Of a stretch of DNA of 64,000 nucleotides, positions 47,454-55,371 are shown one piece after another. The notes below the pieces were generated by a model. It was not told the DNA's origin and ran no database searches. It worked only from the letters and a program-made list of their open reading frames with translations. Position numbers and translations under genes: made by a program. Every line of letters begins with the position of its first letter. The first letter of the stretch is position 1. The stretch covers positions 384,001 through 448,000 of the forward strand of contig CAVRAL010000004.1 of assembly GCA_963719085.1 (NCBI GenBank), read 5' to 3'. The DNA comes from a candidate division FCPU426 bacterium (GTDB lineage: Bacteria; Oederibacteriota; Muellerivitia; Muellerivitales; Muellerivitaceae).

Positions 47454-48191
47454 TTAAAGAATCCCTTCAAAACAATCCAAGATGGGGGCTTTGATAGGCA
47501 TGAAATAAGCGTTCCCGTCCACCGAAGCGATTCGGCTCAAAACGCTTTTCGCGAAATCACGATTCCAATCTAAGGTCGGAGTGAAGTTTTTAGGAAAAAC
47601 GGCCTTATTTCTTGTCTCCCAATAATTTTTGGAGTTCGCCGTTAAAACCGGGGAAACGCCCCAAAACACTTCGTAGGATTGGAGCAATTCGAAATAGATG
47701 TCAAAAAGGCGGATATCGAAAAAAGGTTGGGTGAAAAAACCATCCGCGCCTGCCTCCCGTTTGGCATGCGCGTAATCCAGTTCTTTGTGAATTCCCTGTC
47801 GATAAGGATCGAAAGCCGCATAAATCTTAATTTCCGGAATTTCTTTCTTGAATTTCTTGATTACGTCCAAAACATCCGAGGGATATATCTTTCTGGAGAT
47901 ATCCTGGGGAATATCGCCGCTAATCAAGACAATTTCCTTCAAGTGATTTTCCTTAAGAAAGGCGGCCATGGGCAACGGTTCATTCAAATTAATGTCAACG
48001 GCCCGAATGTGGGGTATGGCTTTTTCAAAAAAAGGTTTCACATATCCGCAAGCGACCCAACTTCTCAAATCAAACCGCAATAAATCAGGAATGTTTATCG
48101 CGGTTACTTTTTTAAGATTTTTCGAGATCTTTTCGACTTCGTCCAATATGGACTCTTTATTTCTTGGCACCAATTCCAATGAAATTCTCAT
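47454..48191 (-). CDS. Short methylenetetrahydrofolate reductase (MetF-like)
   Basis: ISLELVP, INIPD, IPHIRA, SGD.P, K..AGADGFFTQPFFD. Confidence 0.75.
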   Translation of the reverse strand: MRISLELVPRNKESILDEVEKISKNLKKVTAINIPDLLRFDLRSWVACGYVKPFFEKAIPHIRAVDINLNEPLPMAAFLKENHLKEIVLISGDIPQDISRKIYPSDVLDVIKKFKKEIPEIKIYAAFDPYRQGIHKELDYAHAKREAGADGFFTQPFFDIRLFDIYFELLQSYEVFWGVSPVLTANSKNYWETRNKAVFPKNFTPTLDWNRDFAKSVLSRIASVDGNAYFMPIKAPILDCFEGIL

Positions 48192-48200
48192 TCAATAACT

Positions 48201-48251
48201 CCTCATCCCGTACGATTTTCGAACCGTTAAATTCGAGGTAATTCGATGAAA
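48201..48251 (-). repeat. 51-bp intergenic direct repeat R2
   Basis: CCTCATCCCGTACGATTTTCGAACCGTTAAATTCGAGGTAATTCGATGAAA. Confidence 0.85.
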
Positions 48252-48326
48252 AAACTTATAAAGACGGGCAGACGTGAAACGGTTCTATTGTTTTAATCAA
48301 AATTTGTTACCGATCATATTATTCGC

Positions 48327-49412
48327 CTATTTCTTTTGTTGGCTTTCCCAAGTTAAATAAGTTTTAGATTGAAGGATACTTTTAAACTGAGGGTCGCTAT
48401 TTATAGTCTTTTCATAGGCAGGATTAAGTTTGATTACTTTCCCAATTTCGGACACAGCTCCTTGCTCATCAAATTCGGCAAAATCCGCCAAAGCCAAATT
48501 GTAGTGACCCATAATATAATCCGGGTTAATTTGAACAGCCTTTTCAAGAGCATTTTTAGCGGCGTTAGATGCTCCCGCCCTTAGATAGGCGTAACCTAAA
48601 TATTGCCAGGCGGAATAATCGCTTGGATGATCCTGCAGATCCAACTTATATTCTTGAACGGCACAATTATATTCATGTTGATGGAAATATTTTTTTCCAC
48701 GCGCCAAATGATCTAAAGATTCGTCTGGATCACTACAACCTTCCAATAATTCTTTTTCGTCCAATGGTTTCCAATAACCCATAAACCTCATCTCGTTTTT
48801 GTCCCAAAGCTTTTTTCCTTCATCCGAAACAATCTCCAATGCATCTTGTTCCGGGAGGTAAACAAAATGTGGTTCTGTACCTGGGCCGCCTTTTCCAATC
48901 CATTCAACTGTGCTTATTGCGTTTATTATTTTTGATCCATTCCAATAATCGAACTCCCATTCGGCTGCACCGGCCGCTAAACCCCATTCAGTTTCATATC
49001 CCCAAAAAAAGGGAAAACCTTTCTTTTCCAAACCGAAAACCAAGTTATCGCCATAGCCCGAATCTTCACTATCAAGTAGTTTTCCCGTTTCATCCAAAAT
49101 GAAAACTTTGTTTTTTGCTCCATCGAAACGGACGAGCGAAATAATTTCAAATTTACCATCCTGGTTTAAATCCGCTAAATAAGATATTACTGACTTCATT
49201 TGCCCATCGGACGAAATATTTTTGGTGATCAATTCTGTAAAATTGTCGATTTCGACTTTTTTTCCACTATTGTCAAAAAGAACCAAACTCTTATTAGAGT
49301 CGTCACTGTCTAATTCAACACCTAATAAACCGTTAACCGAGGCTCTTACCAAAAGCGGAATCATTAAAAAAATAATCAACCCGGTCAAAAAATAAATTTT
49401 GAAGACTTTCAT
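48327..49412 (-). CDS. Secreted protein with FG-GAP-like motif and C-terminal TPRs
   Basis: Signal peptide from ATG 49412; ADLNQDGKFEI; AWQYLGYAY, GHYNLA. Confidence 0.75.
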   Translation of the reverse strand: MKVFKIYFLTGLIIFLMIPLLVRASVNGLLGVELDSDDSNKSLVLFDNSGKKVEIDNFTELITKNISSDGQMKSVISYLADLNQDGKFEIISLVRFDGAKNKVFILDETGKLLDSEDSGYGDNLVFGLEKKGFPFFWGYETEWGLAAGAAEWEFDYWNGSKIINAISTVEWIGKGGPGTEPHFVYLPEQDALEIVSDEGKKLWDKNEMRFMGYWKPLDEKELLEGCSDPDESLDHLARGKKYFHQHEYNCAVQEYKLDLQDHPSDYSAWQYLGYAYLRAGASNAAKNALEKAVQINPDYIMGHYNLALADFAEFDEQGAVSEIGKVIKLNPAYEKTINSDPQFKSILQSKTYLTWESQQKK

Positions 49413-49424
49413 TACCAAATGACT

Positions 49425-49475
49425 CTCCATTACGTACGATTTGCGAACCATTAAATTCCAGGTTTTTCGATGAAA
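49425..49475 (-). repeat. 51-bp intergenic direct repeat R3
   Basis: CTCCATTACGTACGATTTGCGAACCATTAAATTCCAGGTTTTTCGATGAAA; 42/51 identical to R2 (hand count). Confidence 0.85.
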
Positions 49476-49499
49476 AAGGACGCCAATAAGAGGGGAATC

Positions 49500-49988
49500 T
49501 TATTTTTTAAAGTTCTTTTTAGGAATATAAAGAAAAGAACCTCCATCCCAATCCAAAATCATTTTATCCCCAGGGCCATCAACAACAAATGTGTATTTGT
49601 TATAGGGTTCGTCTGTTTTGAATTCGACAACGCGATCTGAAAACTTAAATCTTTTGGGATCAAGTGACCCTTTTTCGGTTGGGTCAAAATCTTCACATTT
49701 TTCAATCGGCATGACTTTTCCAGGATAAATAATTTTAAAATCAAATTTACGTGTTAGGCCATCGGTTAAATTAACAATATCGAATTTCATCACACCATTT
49801 TTAATTTTTGCAGTCTTACCAATCATTCCTTTTATGCCATTATCATCCCATGCCCCTATGTCCGGCTCGTCGCCATCAACGCAGACCCATTCACCATCTA
49901 AATTAATATTCAAAACATTAATATCCTTTTTTCTTGAACAAGAAACGATAACCAGGATTATCAGTAAAATAAGAGTGATTTCTTTCAC
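49500..49988 (-). CDS. Hypothetical lipoprotein
   Basis: GTG 49988 with GGAGG RBS; lipobox-like IVSC. Confidence 0.7.
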   Translation of the reverse strand: MKEITLILLIILVIVSCSRKKDINVLNINLDGEWVCVDGDEPDIGAWDDNGIKGMIGKTAKIKNGVMKFDIVNLTDGLTRKFDFKIIYPGKVMPIEKCEDFDPTEKGSLDPKRFKFSDRVVEFKTDEPYNKYTFVVDGPGDKMILDWDGGSFLYIPKKNFKK

Positions 49989-50192
49989 GATACCTCCCTG
50001 GGTTGGACTCGAGCCTTTTGAAACCCAAGTCATTTTATGTCCACTTTTAGGGGCTATAACGGAAAAATGACATGATTCCTTAAATCTCAGAAGCTTCAAA
50101 TCCAATTGGGGGTTGCGCGGTTGCGCTCATCGCAAAAAAAGCAGGCTCCCCGCACCGCGGCGGACAGCTTGGCCTTTGGTTGTAACGCTGGT

Positions 50193-52160
50193 TTAATGAA
50201 TAACGACTAGCCGGCCGGTAGCGACCCCGAGGGGTTTTATCAGATAAACAATATAAATCCCGCTGGCGACTTTTTGGCCGTAGGTGTTGGTTCCATCCCA
50301 GCTCAATGTTGTCAACGGCAGTGGTTGGGTTAAGGTTTCATCGAACAATGTCTTAATGTGCTCACCCGCCGAGTTGTAAATCCTCAAGGTCATCGGACCA
50401 AAATATTGGCCGGACGCGATCTTGATGCCGACTGTTCCATCGAGGGTTTCATTAAAGACATTTCTGGAAATCTCAAATACATCTCCTGAAACCGTCGGCG
50501 TCGGAGTCTCGGAGCTGATGGGTGTATGGACCGGCGTGACAGTGGCTGTCGCCGGCGGCGGGGTGGGCGTAAGCGTAGGTGTTATGAGAGGCACAATGGT
50601 CTCTGTCACGGTAGGCGTACCCGTAGGGGACAATGTTTTCGTCGAGGTTGGAGTGGCGCTGTTGGTGGCGGTGGGGGTTGACGTACTCGTGGCGGTTGGT
50701 ATGGCGGTATGGGTGGCCGTGTTGGTGGAGGTAACGGTGCAGGTGACGGTGTTGGTAAAAGTCGATGTACCTGTGGGAGTGCTGGTGCAGGTTGGTGTGG
50801 AAGAAGCCGTCGAGGTGCTGGTAGGTGAGTTCGTCGAGGTTGGAGTGGCGCTGCTGGTGGCCGTCAGCGTCGCGGTGGGGGTCGGCGTATTCGTGGCGGT
50901 TGGTGTCGCGGTATGGGTCGCTGTTTGGGTGGCGGTGGCCGTAGGACTGTTGGTCCAGGTAAAAGTGGGAGAAGCCGTGAAAGTGCTGGTGGGGGTTGGA
51001 ACGCAGCCGCTGAAAGTGATTGCCAGCGCCCGGGCGTTGCCGCTGACCAGCAGGTCGCTTTGGTTGTCGTCATCGTCATAGGGAAAACCATAAGCCAGAT
51101 TGTTCAGATTGACCGTATGAAAAAAGGCCGAGTAATAATTACAGGGAGCGGTTTGATAAAAGGCCGCGGGGTTGTTGAGGTTGGCCGCGTTGTCGAGAAC
51201 GTGGCGGTTAATGCCGGCGGCCATCACCACTTCCAACGCCAGCTCGGTGGGATTTCCGCTGGCGAAGACGCCGGAAGCGGCCAGCGCGTCCTGCGTGGTG
51301 GGATAGCCGACAGTGTAAGGCCCGCCCGGACCGGTAAAAGTCATCTGGCTTCCCGGGCCCGTCGTGGTGCCCGAGTAGGTGTTGCCCCCAACGCTGATGA
51401 CCAAAGGCTTCGACTGGTACTCGGTCCAGAGCTGGGAAATATAGCCGTCCAAGTAAGTGCCGTTGGCCCCGCCCGCCGCGAAAGTGCCGTCCGCGGGGGC
51501 CACGATCCGCGTTGAGCCCACCAGGGAATTGAAGATGGCCGCGCCCGGGATGGAGTTCATATAGGCCTCGTACTTGCTCACGATGTCGCTAGCGCAATCC
51601 GCGACGCCGCTGGCGCCGTTGAGGCCCCCGCCCACATTGTACAAACCCATGGTGTAGGCAATGCCGAACATATTCACCTGGGTGGTATTGCAGTAAATGT
51701 AATCACTGCCCTCGTCAAACTCCATCCAGTCGAAAACGGTATTGATGTTGGGGTCGCTTGGATTGCCGATATTGGGCTGTACGATGCCCGGCCCCGCCAC
51801 GATGGGCATGTTCAAGGGCGAGTAAAAAGAAAACCACATGCGGCCCGAGCCCATCACGGGCAACTGCAGTCCGGCGGGGCTTAACGCGTCGATCTGGGCC
51901 AGGGTCATGGTATAGCCGCTGGCGTTCTGGCCGGGCACAATGGCGTTCATCGTTCCACCCGGAGTGAGATAGGCATTGTTGGCCAACACACAGATGTAAA
52001 CCTGATTGTTGGGCACGGTCGTGTTATTGACGAACTGGCAGGTCATCACTTCCCCGCTATTAAGGGAGATGAGCTGGGCCCGGACCCCGGAGGCCGAAAG
52101 AAAAAGAAGACAACTCGAAAGCGCTGTCAAAGTGAATAGGCGCGCGGAAATTGAGACCAT
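50193..52160 (-). CDS. Secreted GH64 beta-1,3-glucanase-like protein with Thr/Pro linker and FlgD-like Ig domain
   Basis: SGRMWFS, NPSDPN...FDWMEF, NTTQV, NYYS.FFH, AYGFPYDD; TPT repeats; IYNSAGE.IK...WDG.N..G..VASGIY. Confidence 0.85.
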   Translation of the reverse strand: MVSISARLFTLTALSSCLLFLSASGVRAQLISLNSGEVMTCQFVNNTTVPNNQVYICVLANNAYLTPGGTMNAIVPGQNASGYTMTLAQIDALSPAGLQLPVMGSGRMWFSFYSPLNMPIVAGPGIVQPNIGNPSDPNINTVFDWMEFDEGSDYIYCNTTQVNMFGIAYTMGLYNVGGGLNGASGVADCASDIVSKYEAYMNSIPGAAIFNSLVGSTRIVAPADGTFAAGGANGTYLDGYISQLWTEYQSKPLVISVGGNTYSGTTTGPGSQMTFTGPGGPYTVGYPTTQDALAASGVFASGNPTELALEVVMAAGINRHVLDNAANLNNPAAFYQTAPCNYYSAFFHTVNLNNLAYGFPYDDDDNQSDLLVSGNARALAITFSGCVPTPTSTFTASPTFTWTNSPTATATQTATHTATPTATNTPTPTATLTATSSATPTSTNSPTSTSTASSTPTCTSTPTGTSTFTNTVTCTVTSTNTATHTAIPTATSTSTPTATNSATPTSTKTLSPTGTPTVTETIVPLITPTLTPTPPPATATVTPVHTPISSETPTPTVSGDVFEISRNVFNETLDGTVGIKIASGQYFGPMTLRIYNSAGEHIKTLFDETLTQPLPLTTLSWDGTNTYGQKVASGIYIVYLIKPLGVATGRLVVIH

Positions 52161-52163
52161 TTT

Positions 52164-52526
52164 TCAAGAAGCCTTTTTAAGAAAAGACGCCAAGGCCTCC
52201 ATTTCGGCGGGTTTGATCAGAAGAAAATGAAGCCCGACGCTGCTCTTATTCACCCAAACCACCCTGGCATAAACGGTCACCACGCTCACCTTGTCCAGGA
52301 TGTAAATTTTAAATTCCAACACGCTGCCGACCGCCAAGTGATAGTCCACGACAAGCTGCATGCCGCCGGGGCTCAGGTCGAGGGTGACTCCATATTTCTT
52401 AGATTCGCGCCAATCCTCGATTTTTTTCAGGACTTTTTTATCTTCCGCCGGGAAGAATTTAACGGGGATCTTGATCGGAACCCGGGGATTATCCCTGCGG
52501 TTATTGGCTATTTTGGTTTGCGGCAT
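52164..52526 (-). CDS. PilZ domain (c-di-GMP receptor) protein
   Basis: RRDNPR (RxxxR) and DLSPGG (DxSxxG). Confidence 0.85.
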   Translation of the reverse strand: MPQTKIANNRRDNPRVPIKIPVKFFPAEDKKVLKKIEDWRESKKYGVTLDLSPGGMQLVVDYHLAVGSVLEFKIYILDKVSVVTVYARVVWVNKSSVGLHFLLIKPAEMEALASFLKKAS

Positions 52527-52846
52527 TTTTCCCTCCGGCTATCGGATAAACCCTGTTACCAGCGGCGACATCTTTCCGGTTTTCTTGGTTTTCGGGCTTT
52601 CGGACAAAATCGAAAAGCCCGGGGGAATCCTTCACGATTCCTCGAAAAGCAAAATACATTCGCCTTGTCAAAAACAACATTGACGGGATTATCTAAAGAA
52701 TGGATGGAATTGATGGGGAACCCAAGGCCGACAAAAGGCTTTAAACGAACCCAAAAGCCTATTCTCACCCGCAAGTACAAAGGCTTTTGTTTGGGACGGT
52801 AAAATAAAGCCGCTGATCGGGGCGGGGCTGAAAAGTCCCCTTCTTC

Positions 52847-52855
52847 TGTTATAAT
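52847..52855 (+). promoter_or_regulatory. Extended -10 promoter for ffs
   Basis: TGTTATAAT just upstream of the structured RNA. Confidence 0.6.
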
Positions 52856-52864
52856 TCACCCCCC

Positions 52865-53050
52865 ATCCCGCGAGGATGGCCGTCTGGAAAACCTCCGCGG
52901 TTGTCATTATGATCGACCGACGGTTTCAACGTGGAAGTCGGGTCCTATACGGCGAGCCGGCCCCAACTCCGCCAGGTCCGGAAGGAAGCAACGGTTAGGC
53001 ATGTGTTCGGGCGTTGTAGTCAACCTGGCTTCCACGATGAAACTGTCGAA
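52865..53050 (+). ncRNA. ffs: Signal recognition particle RNA, extended form
   Basis: Helix 8 core CCAGGTCCGGAAGGAAGCAACGG; long closing stem CGACGGTTTCAACGTGGAAGTCGGGT / ACCTGGCTTCCACGATGAAACTGTCG; lies upstream of dnaX. Confidence 0.9.
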
Positions 53051-53070
53051 TCTTTTTTCCGAGGTATTGG

Positions 53071-54867
53071 ATGCCCCCCCAAGTCATGGCGCTCAAATGG
53101 CGCCCCCAAACTTTCGCCGACATGGTCGGCCAGGAACACATCACCCGCACCCTGCAGAACGCCATTACGGCCGACCGGGTAGCCCACGCTTATATCTTCG
53201 CCGGGCCCCGGGGCGTGGGGAAAACCACCACCGCGCGCATTTTCGCCAAGGCGCTCAATTGCCGTAACCTCAAGGGCACGGAGCCTTGCAATACCTGCGA
53301 CCTGTGCGAGGAGGTCAATCAGGGCTCGGCCATGGACGTGATCGAGATCGACGCCGCTTCCTTCAACCGCGTGGAAGACATCCGCAACTTACAGGAACAG
53401 GTCGGCACCTATCCCGCCAAGGCCAAGTACAAGGTTTATATCTTTGACGAAGCGCACCGGATCACCCGGGCCGCTTTCGACGCCTTTTTGAAAACGCTGG
53501 AAGAGCCTCCGGCCCACGTCATCTTCATTTTAGCCTCCACCGAAATTCACCAGTTCCCGCCTACGGTCCAGTCCCGCTGCCAAAGGTTTGAGTTCCGGGC
53601 GATGAACCTGGACACCTTGATCAAACAATTGCGCCGCATCAGCGAGTCGGAAAAAATCGAGGTGGATGACAAGGCGCTTTACCAGATCGCCCGGTCCGCC
53701 GGCGGTTCCATGCGGGACGCCCAGCGCACATTGGACCAGTTGGTGGCCTTTTCCGGACGCAAGATCACCACCGATGACATTCGGATTGTTTTAGGCACGA
53801 TTGAGGGCGAGGTTTATTTGAATTTTCTGCGGGCCGCCGCCCGGGAAGACGCCGGCGCCGCCCTGGATATCGTCCGCCAGGTTTTAGAAAGCGGCAAAGA
53901 CCTGGATCATTTTTATTCGGGCCTTTTGGAGTCTTACCGGCACCTAGCCGTGGCCAAGGCTTATCCCGCGGCCGCCGCCAAGCTTATCCCCTTGGCCGCC
54001 GAGGAAATTGAGCGGCTGATCGAGATCGCGAAAGAATGCGACGACGCTTATGTTTTATCCGCGCTAAGGCTTCTCATTGAGCAGGAATGGGCGGCCCGCC
54101 GCTCGTCCTTGCCTCAAATTGTTTTAGAAACCCTGACGCTGGAATTATGCCGGCTCAAACAACTGACCAATGTCACCGCGCTCTTAAGCCAGTCGGGAAA
54201 AGTCTCCCTGCCTTCGGCCGCTCCCGCGGCGCGGACCTTCACGTCGTCCGCCGCGCCCCCGGGGACTTCGCCCTCAAAACCCCCAACCGTTTCATCGGCC
54301 GCGCAGTCCCCGCAGGGGGCGCCGTCCACCGCCCCGGCGAAATCCCCGCAGGGCCCGGCCTCTTCGGCCGTCATGGACAGCGAACCTGTGTTGGCGGTCG
54401 ACGAAATTGAGGATCCCATCGACGCCGAGAAAAACCCCGAACTGGCCAAGCTCAAGTCCCAATGGCGTGAATTTTTAGAAAGCGTCTCATCGCAAAAAAA
54501 ATCCTTACAAGCCGTGCTCATCGACACCCGGCCCAAAAGCCTGGACGAAGGCACCCTGGTCCTTCTTTGCAAAGGTCCCTTTCACCAGGAACAATTATCA
54601 AAAGCCGAGAATAAAACGCTGGTCGAACAGATCCTCAAAGACCTTTTGGGCCGGCCCATTACTTTGGTCCCCGTTTTGGCCGAAGGCGCGGCCAAGCCGT
54701 CCGAGGCTAAAACCCCCGGCCCCGCGGCCCGCGCGCCCAAATCACTGGTCGCGCCAGCGGTCGACGTGAAAGAGCTGGAAAAAGAAGAGCCTTTGGTGGC
54801 CGCCGCGCTCAAAATGTTCGGGGGCAAAATCGTGGAAGTAAAACGCAACAACCCCAAACAGCTATAA
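53071..54867 (+). CDS. dnaX: DNA polymerase III subunit gamma/tau
   Basis: KWRPQTF, GPRGVGKTT, zinc Cys cluster, EIDAAS, DEAH, LKTLEEPP, SRC. Confidence 0.96.
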   Translation: MPPQVMALKWRPQTFADMVGQEHITRTLQNAITADRVAHAYIFAGPRGVGKTTTARIFAKALNCRNLKGTEPCNTCDLCEEVNQGSAMDVIEIDAASFNRVEDIRNLQEQVGTYPAKAKYKVYIFDEAHRITRAAFDAFLKTLEEPPAHVIFILASTEIHQFPPTVQSRCQRFEFRAMNLDTLIKQLRRISESEKIEVDDKALYQIARSAGGSMRDAQRTLDQLVAFSGRKITTDDIRIVLGTIEGEVYLNFLRAAAREDAGAALDIVRQVLESGKDLDHFYSGLLESYRHLAVAKAYPAAAAKLIPLAAEEIERLIEIAKECDDAYVLSALRLLIEQEWAARRSSLPQIVLETLTLELCRLKQLTNVTALLSQSGKVSLPSAAPAARTFTSSAAPPGTSPSKPPTVSSAAQSPQGAPSTAPAKSPQGPASSAVMDSEPVLAVDEIEDPIDAEKNPELAKLKSQWREFLESVSSQKKSLQAVLIDTRPKSLDEGTLVLLCKGPFHQEQLSKAENKTLVEQILKDLLGRPITLVPVLAEGAAKPSEAKTPGPAARAPKSLVAPAVDVKELEKEEPLVAAALKMFGGKIVEVKRNNPKQL

Positions 54868-54884
54868 AGCCTTAAACAAAGGCC

Positions 54885-54995
54885 TTTTACCACGAAGTTC
54901 ACTAAGTGCACGAAGTAAACAAAGATAATTTTAAAAATCAAATGATGTGTTTTTGTTCTTAAAACTTGGTGAACTTCGTGTACTTAGTGGTAAAA
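54885..54995. repeat. Intergenic inverted repeat built of three 9-mers (family A variant)
   Basis: TTTTACCACGAAGTTCACTAAGTGCACGAAGT ... ACTTGGTGAACTTCGTGTACTTAGTGGTAAAA. Confidence 0.8.
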
Positions 54996-55036
54996 ATGGG
55001 TTAATTCGCTTCTTACATTCTATCTGGAGCCATCCC

Positions 55037-55348
55037 TTGCCCGACCTGTTCAATATGATCCGCCAAGCCCAAGCCCTCAAAGAAAAGATGGCCCAATTCC
55101 AGGAAGAGCTGGAAAAGCAAACCTTCACCGGGACCGCCGGAAACGGCGCGGTCACCGTGCTGTTGAATGGAAAACATGTCGTTCAAAAAGTCACCTTAAA
55201 ACCCGAATCGCTCAAAGACGGCGACGCCAAGTGGCTGGAAGCCCTTATTCAAGAGGCCGTCAACGACGCGGGAGCCCAAGTCACGGCGCGGCTGAAAGAA
55301 CAGGTTTCCAAAATGACCGGCGGGCTCGGCCTGCCGGGGTTATTTTAA
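55037..55348 (+). CDS. ybaB: YbaB/EbfC nucleoid-associated protein
   Basis: QAQ.L...M...Q, G.AGNGAVTV..NG, LI..AVNDA, GLGLPGLF; TTG 55037 with GGAG RBS. Confidence 0.9.
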   Translation: MPDLFNMIRQAQALKEKMAQFQEELEKQTFTGTAGNGAVTVLLNGKHVVQKVTLKPESLKDGDAKWLEALIQEAVNDAGAQVTARLKEQVSKMTGGLGLPGLF

Positions 55349-55371
55349 GCTCATTTATTTAAGGAGACTTT

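Noticed and set aside
47044..49475. 51-bp repeats as integron attC sites or a CRISPR array
   Set aside because: No RYYYAAC...GTTRRRY boxes with a long hairpin, no integrase or cas gene, and the spacing is gene-sized
50540..51000. Thr/Pro-coding repeats as a DNA tandem-repeat locus
   Set aside because: Codons vary, so the repetition is at protein level only
54494..54501. A8 run in dnaX as a gamma/tau slippage site
   Set aside because: It is not the A AAA AAG heptamer, no stimulatory elements were seen, and it lies late in the gene
54947..55036. N-terminal extension of YbaB in the ORF track
   Set aside because: It arises from the palindromic repeat; TTG 55037 has an RBS and gives the normal length
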